Below, in pieces: positions 40,466-53,900 of a stretch of DNA of 64,000 bases (positions are counted from its first letter, which is position 1; every line of letters starts with the position of its first letter). The stretch comes from Vicugna vicugna (Eukaryota). Under the pieces are notes generated by a model, which ran no database searches, was not told the DNA's origin, and was given only the letters and a program-made list of their open reading frames with translations. The position numbers and the translations under genes are program-made. The stretch is taken from assembly GCA_013265495.1 (NCBI GenBank), contig MU057989.1, positions 186,001 to 250,000 of the forward strand, given 5' to 3'.

Positions 40466-41574
40466 CTCAAAACAAAGGTTTTAATACAATACTATCTAAG
40501 GTTGGGTGGACTGAAGAAACCCCCTTCTGGCTTCCCAGTGTTGAAAGGCCCCAAACAAATTTGCTCTATCTACCCCAGTCTGTTGAAATTTAAAAACTGG
40601 AAGGTAGAGATTACAATGCAAACCTGACCAGCAATCACTTTGGGCAGTGGTTAGGCAGATTAATCAAAGTAAAGATTGACAAAGGGCTAGGGCCCCTTGG
40701 CTCAATCCCTCACCGGGGACCCTAACTTATTCTTGTTGGGGGACACTTGGCGGGGTTGGTGACGTGCGTTGGTAAGGATTTACCAAAAAGGGAGAAGTTC
40801 AAGAACAAACGAAAATTTAATAGGTACAAACAACAGCGGGCCACACAAGCAAGAGGTGCCTATGTGTCCACCAAGTGTGAATGTGCAGGATCCTTTGTTG
40901 GGGAAGGGACTGTGAACACAAAGGGATAGAGGAACAGATTTCTGATTGGCTGTAGGTGAGGTAGGGAGCTTTGGTATATGGGAGGACAGTGGACTTATGA
41001 CTCCAGTAAGATGGAGACGTGGGCTGACACAAGCAAGGTCGTGGAATTTATGACTTGGATAAGGGGGAGATATGGGCTGCGACAAGTCAGCCTGAGTGAG
41101 ACCAGCCACTTCCCAAGGCTGTTAACTGTGCTAAGGCAAACACCCGTCAGGGGTTTACCTCTCAAAGAGGAGCAGGCAGACGCCTAGGGGCTGGAAGTTG
41201 GGGGTGGAGGGGGTTGTCACAGGGCCTCAGCAGGCACTAGTTGGCACTGCAATTCTTTTTTCTTTTAATTCTTTTTACAAAGAGTAATAAAAAAACAAAA
41301 AGTGTTGGCCATTTTTCCCCTCTTGAATTGGCCCGCTCCCAATTCTCAGGAGCATACTATCTTTTACTACCTTTTTACTTTACTGATAAAAGTCTTGCTT
41401 GTATATATTTTTTAAAAAGTGTTATTGCAGCATAACCGATATAAAATAAGCTGCACATATTTAAAGTGTACCATTTGGTAAGTTTTGGGATATACTTACC
41501 CTCCCACCTAAAAGCATCATCATAATCATGATATTCATCACCTCCCCAAATTCCCTCATGCCCCTTTATGATCC

Positions 41575-42710
41575 TGTTACTGAACTCAGGTTTGGCTGCT
41601 TGCCACTTGAAAAGTCAATACTCCAGAGACAAGTGTTAGTAGGAAGGTTGCTTTCATCAGGAAGCTGGCAACCTGGGGGGGAAGGTGGACTCGTGTCCCA
41701 GAACTAGCTCTGAAGATTCTGCTCATCCATAAACGTTCTTAAAGGGAAAAAGGGGAAGTCATCTCAGTTAATCACTAAGGTAGGGGGTCAGATTCATCAC
41801 CATCTCTTATTGCGTGCAGGCTTGTCAACTCCTTGTGGTCTTTCTTTAGATGCTCTCTTGTTCACACAGTTTGTTCGTGAGGTTACTGAATGGGAAGCTG
41901 GGGAAAAGCCATCTGTTAATTACTTATTCTTCATGTCTATTTCTTTGATCTAAGGAAAGAACCAACAGGTTAGGCAAAGTATTGTGTGATCAAAGGATTT
42001 GAAAGTTGTGCTTGGGCTGGAGATTAGTTAAAATATAGCTTTGCTAAAGTGACAAGACAAAAGGGACCTCCTGCAGAGAGTTCTTTCTTGCAAAGAGCTC
42101 TTTCCTGCAAAAAAACTGCTTACAAATCCCCACCGTCAGACATCACTCCATTTCTATGGGATCATGGGTGAAGGTCCGTCTTCTGTAACTTCTTCACACT
42201 GATCCAGGACTAAATTCTCAGAGTGGAAGATGTTGACATGGATCTGTAGTTTTTCTTTGGTGACAGTTTTAGCTGCCTTTTACATAGATGGGCAGAGCAA
42301 GCTACAATTATTTTAATGCCCACAAAGACACAGATTATTATGAACAATAGTATCAACCCCATTCTCTTAAGGCCAGTTCCTGGAATTGTGCTGACTGCAG
42401 GTTTAGTCCTGCTCAAGATGGAGCAGCCTGTGTCATGACTGCAGTTTGGTCATCATGCAGGTAGCTTTTTCCCTCTGGTGGCAGTTTAGAGTATCTATAA
42501 AATGACTTGAGAATGTGCATCAGACCCTGGAAGATTCTGTGACTTTATTGTCCTAGTCATTAACTGTTTGCACCTGCTCTTTTGTGACTCAGGGAGGCCT
42601 GGGAGACTTCAGCTTTTCTACAAACAAGACGCAAGGGACATGGAGGGGTCTTTGCACTTGGTGGGAGAGCTCCCCATCAGGGTTCTGCTTGGTTTCAATT
42701 TCTCCCTCCT
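41575..42710 (-). mobile_element. Inserted LTR-like sequence(s), probably ERV1-class solo LTRs
   Basis: Starts tgttactgaa…; LTR-like composition, nested within L1 3'-end sequence. Family not determined. Confidence 0.45.
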
Positions 42711-45700
42711 GCCTCCACCCAACCCAACCCAGACAACTACTGATTCACTTTCTATCATTGTAGATGTGTTTGCATTTGCTAAATGTAAATAGAATCATAT
42801 CATATAGTGTGATCTATTTTTTGGTCTAGCTTCTTTTATTTGTTTTCCCCATTAATTTTTTTCTTGTTATGGTAAAATACACATGTATAAAATTTAACAT
42901 CTTAACCATCTTTAAGTGTATAGATCAGTCATGTTAAATATACTCACATTACTGTGCAGCCATCACCACCATCATCCCCATAGCTCTTTTCAGTCTGTAA
43001 AACTGAAATTCTGACCCCATTAAATATTAACTACCCCTTCTCCCCACCCTAACCCCTGGCAGTCACCATTGTACTTTCTGTCTCTGTGGGTTTGACTACT
43101 CTAAGTACCTCATGTAAGTGGAATCATATAGTATTTGTCTGACATTAAGTCTTTTTCAGAAACCGTTTCTGTTGATTTATTTTTTCTTTTGAACAGGCCA
43201 TATTTCCTGTTTCTTTGCATGCCTTGTGATTTTTTTTGTTCAACACCGGACATTTGAATCTAATAATGTGGTAACTCTGGAAATCAGATTCTCCCCCTTC
43301 CCCAGAGTTTGCTGTGTTGGGTTTTTGTGGGGTTTTGCTTTGTTTTTGTTTTTATTTTTATTTATTAATTAATTTATTTTTTAGTAGACTGTTTCTGTCA
43401 CTGAGATGTGAACTCAATGTGTTCTTAGGTCTTTTCTGAGACTTTTGTTGGGCACACGCATTCACTTTCTGATTCTCCCCATGTTTGCAGAGGTTTGAAA
43501 AAATGTTCTAGTCTTTAATGTCTGACTCCTGAAAGGGGAAAATCAAAAAAAGAAGGGGATTAAAAAGGGGTACCAGCCCTTTAAATCTCCTGACCAGTCA
43601 CTTCAGCCAGAGGGGCAGGGGCTGGAGCAGTGGGGGAGGTGCAACAATGGTGGTGGCCTCTCTGCACCTGTGACCAGAAGCGGTGATCAGCCATCAGAGC
43701 ACAGACACCCCCCCCCGCCCCCCAGTCTTTGGAGGACAGGGTCCTTTTTGCACACCCTCCTTCCTGCAAGCTCTCAGGGAACACCTGCACAGCTGCTGGC
43801 TGCCGGGTTGGGGGTGGGCAGCTGCTACTGGGCTGAGAGCTGAAACTGACTGAAATTAACTATTTATCCTGGTCTTCCATCTACATCTTCCCCTGGAAGT
43901 TGCAAGCCTTCAGAGTTCCAGAGTAGTTCCACCAGGCCAATTCTGCCAGTGCAGTTGTTGTCCAGGTGGGGAGACATATTCCATGATCTCCCCAGAATCT
44001 TCTCTGATCCAAAGCATTTTGCACAAGAGTGGGTGAAACAGTCAGGGAGTGAAGAAGGGAAGTTCCCAGGACTCCTTGATACAGGAGCCTCATGCACAGC
44101 GGTACCAAAACCCACTGGTGAAGCCCTGACTTGGCTGCAATTAGATTGAGAGAACAGGATGGAAAAGTGCAAGAGTTCACAAAATTATGGAAGTTGGAAA
44201 GTTTAAACAAGCTCTATGTAAAGAAGTTGTGTCTCCTTTCCCTAATGAGAGTGGTATTAAGTCATACTGGAGAACATTTTCCCTGCTTAGTATCATAAAA
44301 CCAAAACCTGTAGATGGGGTCCCCATGGAGGCCACAGTTAGGAATGTGAGAGTCAATGGTACTAAAGTAAAAGTTAGTAGAGTTGGAATATTTGGTCAGA
44401 CTTTATGTAAATTGGTTGTGCGTCTTTTACCTGAGTGCAATTATGGGGACTGACATTTTGCCTGACTGGGGAATGTTTCTCTAACTAGTCTTGTAAAACA
44501 GAAGGCATGCACATTCGCCCTTCAAGCAATGTTACTTGGACGTGCTAAACAGGAACCAGGAAGATTGCCTGGGTCCACGCAGCATGGGATAGAAGTGTGG
44601 GGTCCCAGCAGGGACAAATTCTCTGCGCAGTAGCCCTAAGTGGACTGTAGACTGGGGCTTAAGACAAAAGCCCATGAGCGCTCCCCAGCGACGACTACTG
44701 GGACTTTGGACAAGAGAGTTTCCAGGGTTATTTACTACCTTGCTATCAGCCATTAATTGAAGCTACCTTGATGACTGAAGGACATAAAATGATCTTAAAA
44801 CCTGAAATACCCATAATGTCTATGGTGATGTCAGAGAAATGCTCTAATGGGGATGGCAGGGCCCTGAAGAGTCCCATAATAAAATGGAAATGGTTTTTAC
44901 AGGATGGTGCTGACTGGGGAGAGCCTCACATGCAGGGGGCCTGTCTTCTCTGAGGACTGACTCTGGATCTGTGTGAGCAGCTGCCGGTTTCTGCCACTTG
45001 GATAGCCCTATAAACTGCTCTTGACTGACCAACAAATTGCTGCTTGGTTTGTGGACAACAATTCCAGGTGAATGGACAATATCCTCTTTGGAAGGCCACC
45101 ACTCTGATCAAAGAAGGTGAAAACTAATCAGTCTGGTGGACTGAACTGTATGCTGTTTTCCTAGCTATAATGGAAGAATTGACAGTAGTGAAATTTCCTA
45201 TGTTTTGGTTTCTCCTGACTCATGGTCAGGCAGGAGGGCAGTGGAAACCTGGCCTCTTCAAGGGATGCCCATATGGGGCCCAGTCCTGTTGGAATCACTA
45301 TGGAAATTTGAGGGGTGCTTTAAAGTAGGACTCGGCACATCAGTGCCCATCACTGGAACCCCCTTCCAGGTGAATAAGCAGATATTCCCATCTGTTCACT
45401 TAAGGTGGCCACCTGGGCCTACGATATAAGTGGACATGGGGTCACTGCAGCAATGTAGAGATGGGCTGAATCTAGACATGGTCCTCTTGTACCCTCAGAG
45501 GCATAAAATGCCAATAAGAGCTGTTCTGTCCTCAAGCAAGAGACAGAGAACAGAGATGGCTATGTGGCAGATTCCCTAGGGGGATGGCCTGGATAAAAAC
45601 TGGCAAGTGAGACTCCTCCTGGTGTCCCTGGGGTGGGTGGGGCACGGCAGATGTGTCCTGACAGGAGCAGACACCGACGCTGGACCGGGCTTTGCTTACC

Positions 45701-48091
45701 CGGTGATAGATGCAAATGCTCAGAATAACACAAAAGAACCAAATCAAAAGATATTGCACCAGCTTGGGTGGCCGATCATCATTTCTTCAGATCAAGACCC
45801 CACTTTATAGCCCATAATGTCCAACAGTGGGCAGAGACTATCGTCCCCAGGGTACTAGTTTGGTAGAGAATTGAAATGGGCGGTTAAAACACTGGTTGTC
45901 CAAAGTGGGAGCAGAGGGTGGGGAATATCTCCATGAGTGCACGCTTAACATGCTTGAGTACCTGGGTTCAATCCCCAGTACCGCCATTAAAAAAAAAAAA
46001 GACAAAATGGGGGCAGATGAAGCCTGAAGATCTGCCCCACTAGGTAGATCTCTCTGTTTCTGGCGGATCTGGGGAGATCGTGCAGGGAGAGATGCTGGGG
46101 AGGCTGTGCAATTCTTCCCCACGACAAGGAGGATGCTCATATAACAACTCAGTTTTTCTTTCTTACTTCCTCCCCACGTCACCTCAACTTTTTTTCTTCC
46201 TACCTGATGCAGTTGTCATATGACCAGGGCTACAAATACAAGTGCCCGAAACAGTGATGATTCCTAAATAAGAGATTGCAACTATATTTAAAATCTTGTG
46301 TCAGAATTCCTAAGTACCTGATGGGGCAGGATGTGCCTTCACCCCCTCTGACCAGATTGGTATTAACAGTGAATGCAGCTATATCGATGGTGGTAAAGAT
46401 AGCCGACCACTCTGCATCTGGATAACCACACAGTCTGTGGACCAGGGAGAAGGCACTTGGTACACTAGTATTGCTGCCTGTAATCTAGACCTGCACAGTG
46501 GCCGAACCTAATGTCCCTTCCAAAGGTGGAAGCATTTGGGTATAAATACAAGAGAGGAGGAATCGTAGCCAAGGGTAAAGTATGGCTAAGTGACTTATGT
46601 AATGAAGGAAATCCAATTTTACATTAACACCTCAAAAGAGGCTCAGAGAAAGAGATAATATTTTCTCTTAGCTCGATTATACTGGATGCCTGGAAGGGTG
46701 AAGGACACAGGACAAAACAGTTACCCTCAAGACGAGGAGAGAGAGAGGCCTTGAAATGGCAGCAGAAACTAACGTTGCCTGCACCTTGGTCTGGGACTTC
46801 CAGCCACCAGAACCGTGAGGAAGTGAATTTCTGTGGTTCACGTCATCCAGTATGTTATGGCAGCCCCAGCGGACAGGATCTCAGTGTTTTAGTTTGCATC
46901 TCTAGGTTGCTAATCCTGCTCACTATTTATTTTGTTTAAAACACACATGAGGTCCCGTCGCTGCTCTGCTCCAGAGACTGAGCTGTTTCCCTCACCTGCC
47001 CCCAAGCCAGGAAGTCCACCCCCACCTTCCTCCTCATCCCCTCCAGCTGCCCGGCTTCCCAGCACCGGGCTCCGCGGGGGGCGGCTCTGCGGGCCCCCAG
47101 GTCTCTGCCTCCCAGGTCTCCTCCCGTTCACTCGCTCCTCCGCCCTGCGCTTCTGGCACGGGGCAGACGTTCCAGCTTCTGCGAGGATGTTCCTGGATTT
47201 TAAAGTCTAGAACCCGCACAGCGCGGGTCACGGTCCTGTAGTAGCAACCGGGTCTGGGATCTAGGGATGCTAAGATCACCCCATAGGAGGCAGGGACCCG
47301 CGCAGCCCACGCGTTTGGGGGAATGAATTCGGGGACCGCATGTGAAGACTGGCGCCGCACTCGCGCACGTAGGGGAAGAGGCCGCTGGCGGAGATGGGCG
47401 GGGGGCGTGCTGGAGCCGGGTGAAGAGGGAAGCGTTGCAGCCTCCCGCTGCCAGGAAATCCAGCCACGCAGTGCGGCCCGAGCCCTGGGGTCTCGGAGAA
47501 GGGCGGCTAGAGAAGGGGAGGACGCCGAGCCGCCCCTCCCCCGGGCGGGGCGGCGCAGATGTGAGAAAGCAGAAGCTAGCGGCCCTCCGGGACGTCCCGA
47601 AGCTGGATCTGGGAAGAGAAACTTGTGGCCGGGCCCGGGCTACTGGGGACACCACCCGGCCCACCCCATCTCGCTGAACGACTGAAGGTCTGGCCATTTT
47701 CCTTGCGGTGCCGTCGGCGCTTAGCCGGTGCGCCTGCCCCGCCCCGCCCCGCCCAGCCAGCCTCTCCCGTCCAGAGAAGGGACCGTTAGCGCGGACAGGA
47801 CCATCCTGCTACCCTGAGAGGCCGCCGCCGCGGACCCGGAGCCTGCACCTCCGCGCGCTTCCCGCACCCTCTCACCCTTCCGGGCCCTCCGCTGGACGTC
47901 CCCGTGCGCCCTCGTCGTGCATCCCAGGGCCCCGTACCCACCCCGCGCGGCCCATCTCCTTGCCCACCCCTCGTACTCCGGCGCCGGGTCCCCGGAGCCT
48001 CTCCGAGCCCCTGACATTCTTCCCCAGATCTCCAGGGCGGCACGGGTCAGGTCCCCACCAGCCACGCCGGCTGCCCGGGCAGGAGCGCGCC

Positions 48092-50907
48092 ATGCTCCGG
48101 CTCCTGGCGCTGCTGCTCCCGCTGCTGCTGCTGCCGCCGCCCGTGGGCGCCCAGGAGCCCTCCGCGCAAGACGTGAGCCTGGGCGTGGTGAGTGCCGGGG
48201 TCCGCAGGTTCCTGGGATCCAGTGGAGCTGGGAGAGGGAAGCCGGGGCCTGGACTCCTGGGTTCAGAAGAGGCTGGGGGTAGATTGAAATGTCCAAAGAG
48301 TGACCGGGGATGGGGACTGGGGACCTGAATTCTTGGATCCCTCAGGAGGTTTGGGGCCCGAATTTGGAAATCTGGAAAAGGGCTTGGGTGGGGAGGTGGG
48401 GACTTTTGGGTCCATGTGAAGACTGGCAAACGCGGGGCTGGAGGGCCTGGACCTTGAGATGGGGAGCTGGGGGGGTACCCTGTGCTGGGGACCCTGGGCT
48501 CTCCATGCCTGGTGAGAGGTGGGCTTCCAAGATGGTGGCAATGAGGGAGAGTCCCATCTCTTCGACCCATCCGGCTTCCCCTGTATCCTCCTATTGTCTA
48601 GGACTGGCTGACCCGCTATGGCTACCTGCCGCCACCTCACCCTGCCCAGGCCCAGCTGCAGAGCCAGGCAAAACTGCGGGATGCTATCAAGGTCATGCAG
48701 AGGTTTGCGGGACTGCCGGAGACAGGCCTCCTGGGCAAGTGACCCCCCACCCGCTCCCCATCCCTGCCTCCACATCCAGCCTGACCATTATTTCCCACCT
48801 GATCGCAGTTTCTAAACCTCTGCATGCAATCATGGGTGTTTTGAAAATGCTAACCTCGGGGGTCCCAACCTAGGAGGTTCTAAGACATTCCTCTTTCAAT
48901 AAATATTTATCAGCAATCTCTTCTTGATAAATGACATACGAGGTCATTTCAGGCTCCACTGGTATAGTGATGAGCAAGGTGGGTGAGGTCCCTGCTCTCC
49001 AGGAGCTAACATTCTAGACACACACACAGATCAAGGACAGAAATATGTAAACCAGTTTCAGGTAGTGATGAGTGTTTTGGAGAAAATAAAATGCTAATGG
49101 TATTCAGGGCTGGGATGGTCAGGGCAAGCTCCTCTGAAAGTTGTCATATGAGTTGAGAGGAGCTCATATGATGTTAAGAATTCATAGGACCCAAAGAAGA
49201 GGAACCAGTAACGGGAAGGTGTGGGAGAAGAGTGTCCCAGGCAAGTGCCAAGGCCTTGTGGTAGATATAGGCTTGCATGCCTAAAATGAGAGAACAGAAG
49301 AGCTAAGCAACAGCCTGATCGGGGGCCTTGGGAGGTGCTTGGGTTTGATTTCAAGTGTGATAAGAAACCATGAGAGGTTTTGAAGAAAAGAGACAACTCG
49401 ATCTGATTCGCAGTTTTAAGCTTCTTCTGCTTGCTGATGGAGAATGAAGGGTGGGGAGCATGGAGACCAGGAAGGAGGCAGGTAGTGTACAGGCAAGGAT
49501 GTGATGGGAAGCAGTTGCATCCAGGGTATATATTTTGGAGGAAGAGCTGAGAGGCTCATCTGTTGGGTTAAGTGAGAGGAAGAGGGAAGTGGAGGGATTC
49601 TGTCCAGCTACGAGGGAAGGCAGGACCTTTCCCTGTCCTGTCCACTGCCGAGCAGTGTCTGGTGTTGGAATGTGCTTAATTGCTTTTTTTCACCTCAACC
49701 AACAAAGTGAGGTTTGACTTTCATTGGGAGATGAAGGGGCTGCTGGAAATGGTGCCCAGCAGGGAAAGGGGATTCCAGGCCACCTAACTTGGGAAGTGCT
49801 TGCTATCAGAGACCCAGCTAGCCTGGGGACTTTGAACTTTACTTGGATGTGATGGGAACTTGGGAGCTGGTGTGAGGTTTGGGCAACCCCTCTAGGGGGG
49901 GATTCTAGCCTCAAAGACAGGAGTTTTCACTGCACCCCCAGTTCCTTTCTCTAGAGTCCAGCTATGAGAGCTCAGGGGAACGGGGTGCCCAGATCTTGGC
50001 TTGAGACTCTGGGCACCACCTGGCGGCAGCCATTCCGTCCAGAGCCAGGTGCAGAGGGTGATCCTACCCAGAATGGCAGTGGCATAATTTGGTACGAGCT
50101 GCCTTCCAGAATCAGACTGCCTGGGTTCAAATCTAAGCTGTGGGGCCTTCTTAGGTAGGTTTTTGAAGCTGTCTGAGACTCAATTTCCCCACATAGAAAG
50201 TTAGCTGGTACTACCGCTGACTCCTCTTCACTGCAACCTCTCCCACAGACCCGGTGACAGTGGCCACCATGCATAAGCCCCGCTGCTCCCTGCCCGACGT
50301 GCTGGGGGTAGCGGGGCTGGTCAGGCGGCGGCGGCGGTATGCTCTGAGTGGCAGCATGTGGAAGAAGCGAACCCTGACATGGAGGTAGGTTCCAGTGCCC
50401 TCTCTCACCCTGGGCCTACCTATTGGGTCCAGCTTCGAATGGCTGCTTTATCTCTCCTCTGCACCCCCTTACTCCCCACGCTTCTTTCCCCAGGGTCCAC
50501 TCTTTCCCCCAGAGCTCAGCACTGAGCCAGGAGACAGTGCGGACCCTAATGCACCATGCCCTGACCACCTGGGGTGTTGAGTCAGGCCTCAGATTCCAGG
50601 AGATGGGTTCTCAGGGCCCGACAGAGCCTGACATCCTCATCGACTTTGCCCGGGCCTACCATCAGGACAGTTACCCCTTCGACGGGCAGGGGGGCACCCT
50701 CGCCCATGCCTTCTTCCCTGGGGAGCACTCCATCTCTGGGGACACTCACTTCGATGATGAGGAGACCTGGACCTTTGGGTCAAAAGGTACAATCTCCCCT
50801 CTTCTAAGAGGCCCTCTCCCCAGATCTGTCTGTCCTTAAGAATTAAGTTTAAATTACATTTATTGATGGAGGCTGTATCTGTTGGGCTTCTCCAGAGAAA
50901 TAGAACC

Positions 50908-50978
<71 letters not shown>

Positions 50979-53900
50979 TGTGTGTAAAGTCATTTATTTT
51001 AAGAAATTGACTCATAGGATTGCAGAGGCTGGCAAGCCCAAAATCTGTAGGGCAGACCTACAAGCTGGAAAGTCAGGTGAGATGGGATGGTGCAGTTCTG
51101 AGTCTGCAGAACAAGCCAGCTGGAAACTCAGGCTGGATTTCTATGTTGCAGTTTTCAGGCGGAATTCCTTCTCCAGGAAACCTCAGCTTTCGCTCATAAG
51201 GCCTTCAACTGATTAGATGAGGCCCACCCACAGTATGGAGAGCAATCTGCTCTACTTACAGTCAACTGATTAGAGATGTCAATCTCATCTACAAAATTAC
51301 TTGCACAAGAACATCTACACTGGTATTTGATCAAGTAACAGGGCACCATAGTTTGGCCAAATTGGCACAGAAAATTGCCAATCGCAGAGACATGTCAGGT
51401 GCTTAATGCCATGCTGGGGCTGAGGACTTAAAGGGGCAAAAACACAGCTCTGGCAGCAGCTGAGTCAGAAGAGTAACAGGCAGTTGTGACACACGGTGAC
51501 ACAATTACAGGAAATCATAGCAGAGGAAGTCCTCAAGCCTGGGGAGTGCTGCAGCAGTGAGGTTTTTGTTTTGTTTTGTTTTGTTTTTTAATGGAGGTAC
51601 TGGAAATTGAACCCAAGACCTTGTATATGCTAAGCATACACTTTACCACTGAACTATAACCTCCCCCTGGGAAGCGATGACTTTGTTCATTCCACATATA
51701 TATACTGAGTGCCAATCAGTGCACAAGGTCCCACTCTCCCAGACTATGCAGGGTGGGGGTGGGGGCGGGAGAACACACAAGAAAGCACCTGCCAGTGAGC
51801 TGGCTGAGGCCAGGAGAGTCAGGGGTGGGAGACTGGGGTGAGAAATGGCCTGGAATATTCAGGGCTAGAAGGAAAAACTGTGTTGGGAGGGGACTGTGGA
51901 GGATGGAGGGTAGGTCTTATACCACGAAGGGCCTTGGAGAGTACATGGATGAGTCTTAGGATTCTGAAGGCGGAAGGTTGTGCATTCTAGAGCTACTACT
52001 GGCTGCCATGGGGGGCAAGATAGGGACAGTGTGGTGTGCAGGTAGGAAGCCGCAGGGTCCAAGTAAGAGATGGGGGTTGGGAATGGGGATGAAGATGAGG
52101 GCAGAGGATGGGCAAAAATTGGGATCTGACTGGATTCTGGGGGCAAACAGGGTGGGAAGCGTTGGATACCAGTCAGGTTTCCAGCTCAGGGCCCTGTTCA
52201 TGCAAGTGGGAAGTGTGGGAGGAGGAGGAGCAGGCTGGGGAAGGCAGGGGTGAGTTCAGGTTGGGACATGTGTCTGCAGTGCTGGTTGGCTGGTTGGCAC
52301 AGGTGGTGCATTGGTGGTTGAGGATCTTGCTCTAGAATGTGGATTCCTCCAACTTCACGCAGGTTCCCCTGAAGTGGAGCTTGAGAGGGAAATTCGTGTG
52401 CAAGTAGTTTCTCAGGGGGCACATTCTCAGGGGAAAGGGAAGCAGGAGAAGACTGAGGGAAAGAAGCTAAGCAAGAATGTGGTCTCAGCTGGAAGGGAGC
52501 CTGATCCTGCAGGGAACTCTGCAGCAGAAATAGTACCGTGGGGTTGGTTTGTCCTGGAGGCAAGAGGCACAGCTTTCCCAGTCCCTGATCAGTCAACCAT
52601 GGTTGCCAGCTGCTGGGGGAGGCTGGGCCAGGAGGGAGGGCCATTTTGTGGGGAAGGTAGCAGCTGGAGGCTGGGCACACAGGCTCGGTAAGGACTTGGA
52701 TGAGGTGCAGATAGCCTTCACAAATCCACAACAGTGAGGCTCTGTGATGCAGCACGTGAGAACTCGGGTTTGCAGCGGAACTCAAGCTGCCTACTTCATG
52801 TATAAATTTCTTGACCTCAATGTGCTCAGTTTCCTCATCTGAGAAATGGGGATAATCACAGTACCTGCTGGTACCACGGGCTGGCAGATTGAATGAGTCA
52901 TTCACCAACAGCTCTCAGCACGGGGCCTGGCACAGAGTAGGGCTCCATTCACTGCCAGCTGCTATGAGCTGGGCCTAGTAGCAGAGAGTCGTTGGTACTG
53001 GGGGTGGGTAAGGTTCCAGGGAGTGAATGTGGAATGGGAAAGTCGAGTGCAGAGCAGTGGAGAGTCCAAGAGTTAAGGGGAGGTTGGCAGGGAAGGTGGA
53101 ATTCGAGGAAATGGAGGTGAAGAAAAAAAAAAAAAACAGGTTGAAAGGTGATCTAAAACCAAAACAAAGGAGGAAGTGGTCAGCAGGGAGCAGGGCAGCA
53201 AATCAGTCCAGTAAGTTACTTAGGCCTGGATTTGGTCATCTGGGGACAAAGTAACCTGTAGTGCCCACAGGTTTGGTGGGTGGGGGAAGAATCCAGACCA
53301 CAGGGGCATGAGAGGAGCTGAGGAACTGAAGACTGATACTCACTGACCAAAGAACTTGCTGGGAAGGGAGAGGGTGAGGGGCGGGGTAGGACGGGGGTGT
53401 CTCAGGATGAGGGAGCCTTGAGCACTCAGGTGCAGTGGATGAGCCAATAGAAAGAAAGGGGTGGGGGATGGACGCATGGATCGTGGATTGATGGATGGAT
53501 AAATGGGTGGATGGATGGACAGATGGATGGATGCATGAATGCAGGGATGACGAAGGGGACGGGGATTGTCCTTCTCCTAAAGAAGGTGAGCAAGGCCAGG
53601 ACCTTGAGCAGGGCAGCACAAGAGGTAAGAGATGAGCATGGGGGAGGTGAAGCTATCTGCCCCTCTTTCCGATACACAGGAAGTCACAGATTACATCAGT
53701 GGCCAGTCTTGATGAAATAGGAAATGCATTTGTCAGCGTTTGTCATCAAAGAGTTGGGGGTTGGAGCTGGAGCTAGGTAGTGGCTTGAGGGGCTGTGGGT
53801 CTAGAATTGAGGCTGAGTGGAGAGAGCAAAGGAGCTGCCCGCTGAGGTCTTGGGCAAGGATGAGAGGAGGTGCCAAGGACTCCCTTAGATGGGCACTGGC

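Larger units (their letters stand above)
38745..46700 (+). mobile_element. Decayed ERVL-class (MER21-like) element: LTR start, gag-like, protease, RNase H and integrase remnants, interrupted by SINE/LTR/L1 insertions
   Basis: Aspartic protease motif LLDTGA (44072-44089); RNase H-like LKPEIPIMSMV…PIIKWKWFLQ and DSWSG…PIWG; integrase-like LTGADTDAGPGFAYPV…IISSDQ; many stops and frameshifts. Confidence 0.7.

Noticed and set aside
47200..48570. Many overlapping 100-230 aa ORFs at the MMP25 5' end
   Set aside because: CpG-island low-stop artefacts; only 48092-48187 fits MMP25.
50863..51216. ORF with (ER)n repeat
   Set aside because: Translation of a (GA)n microsatellite inside an MLT2 LTR.
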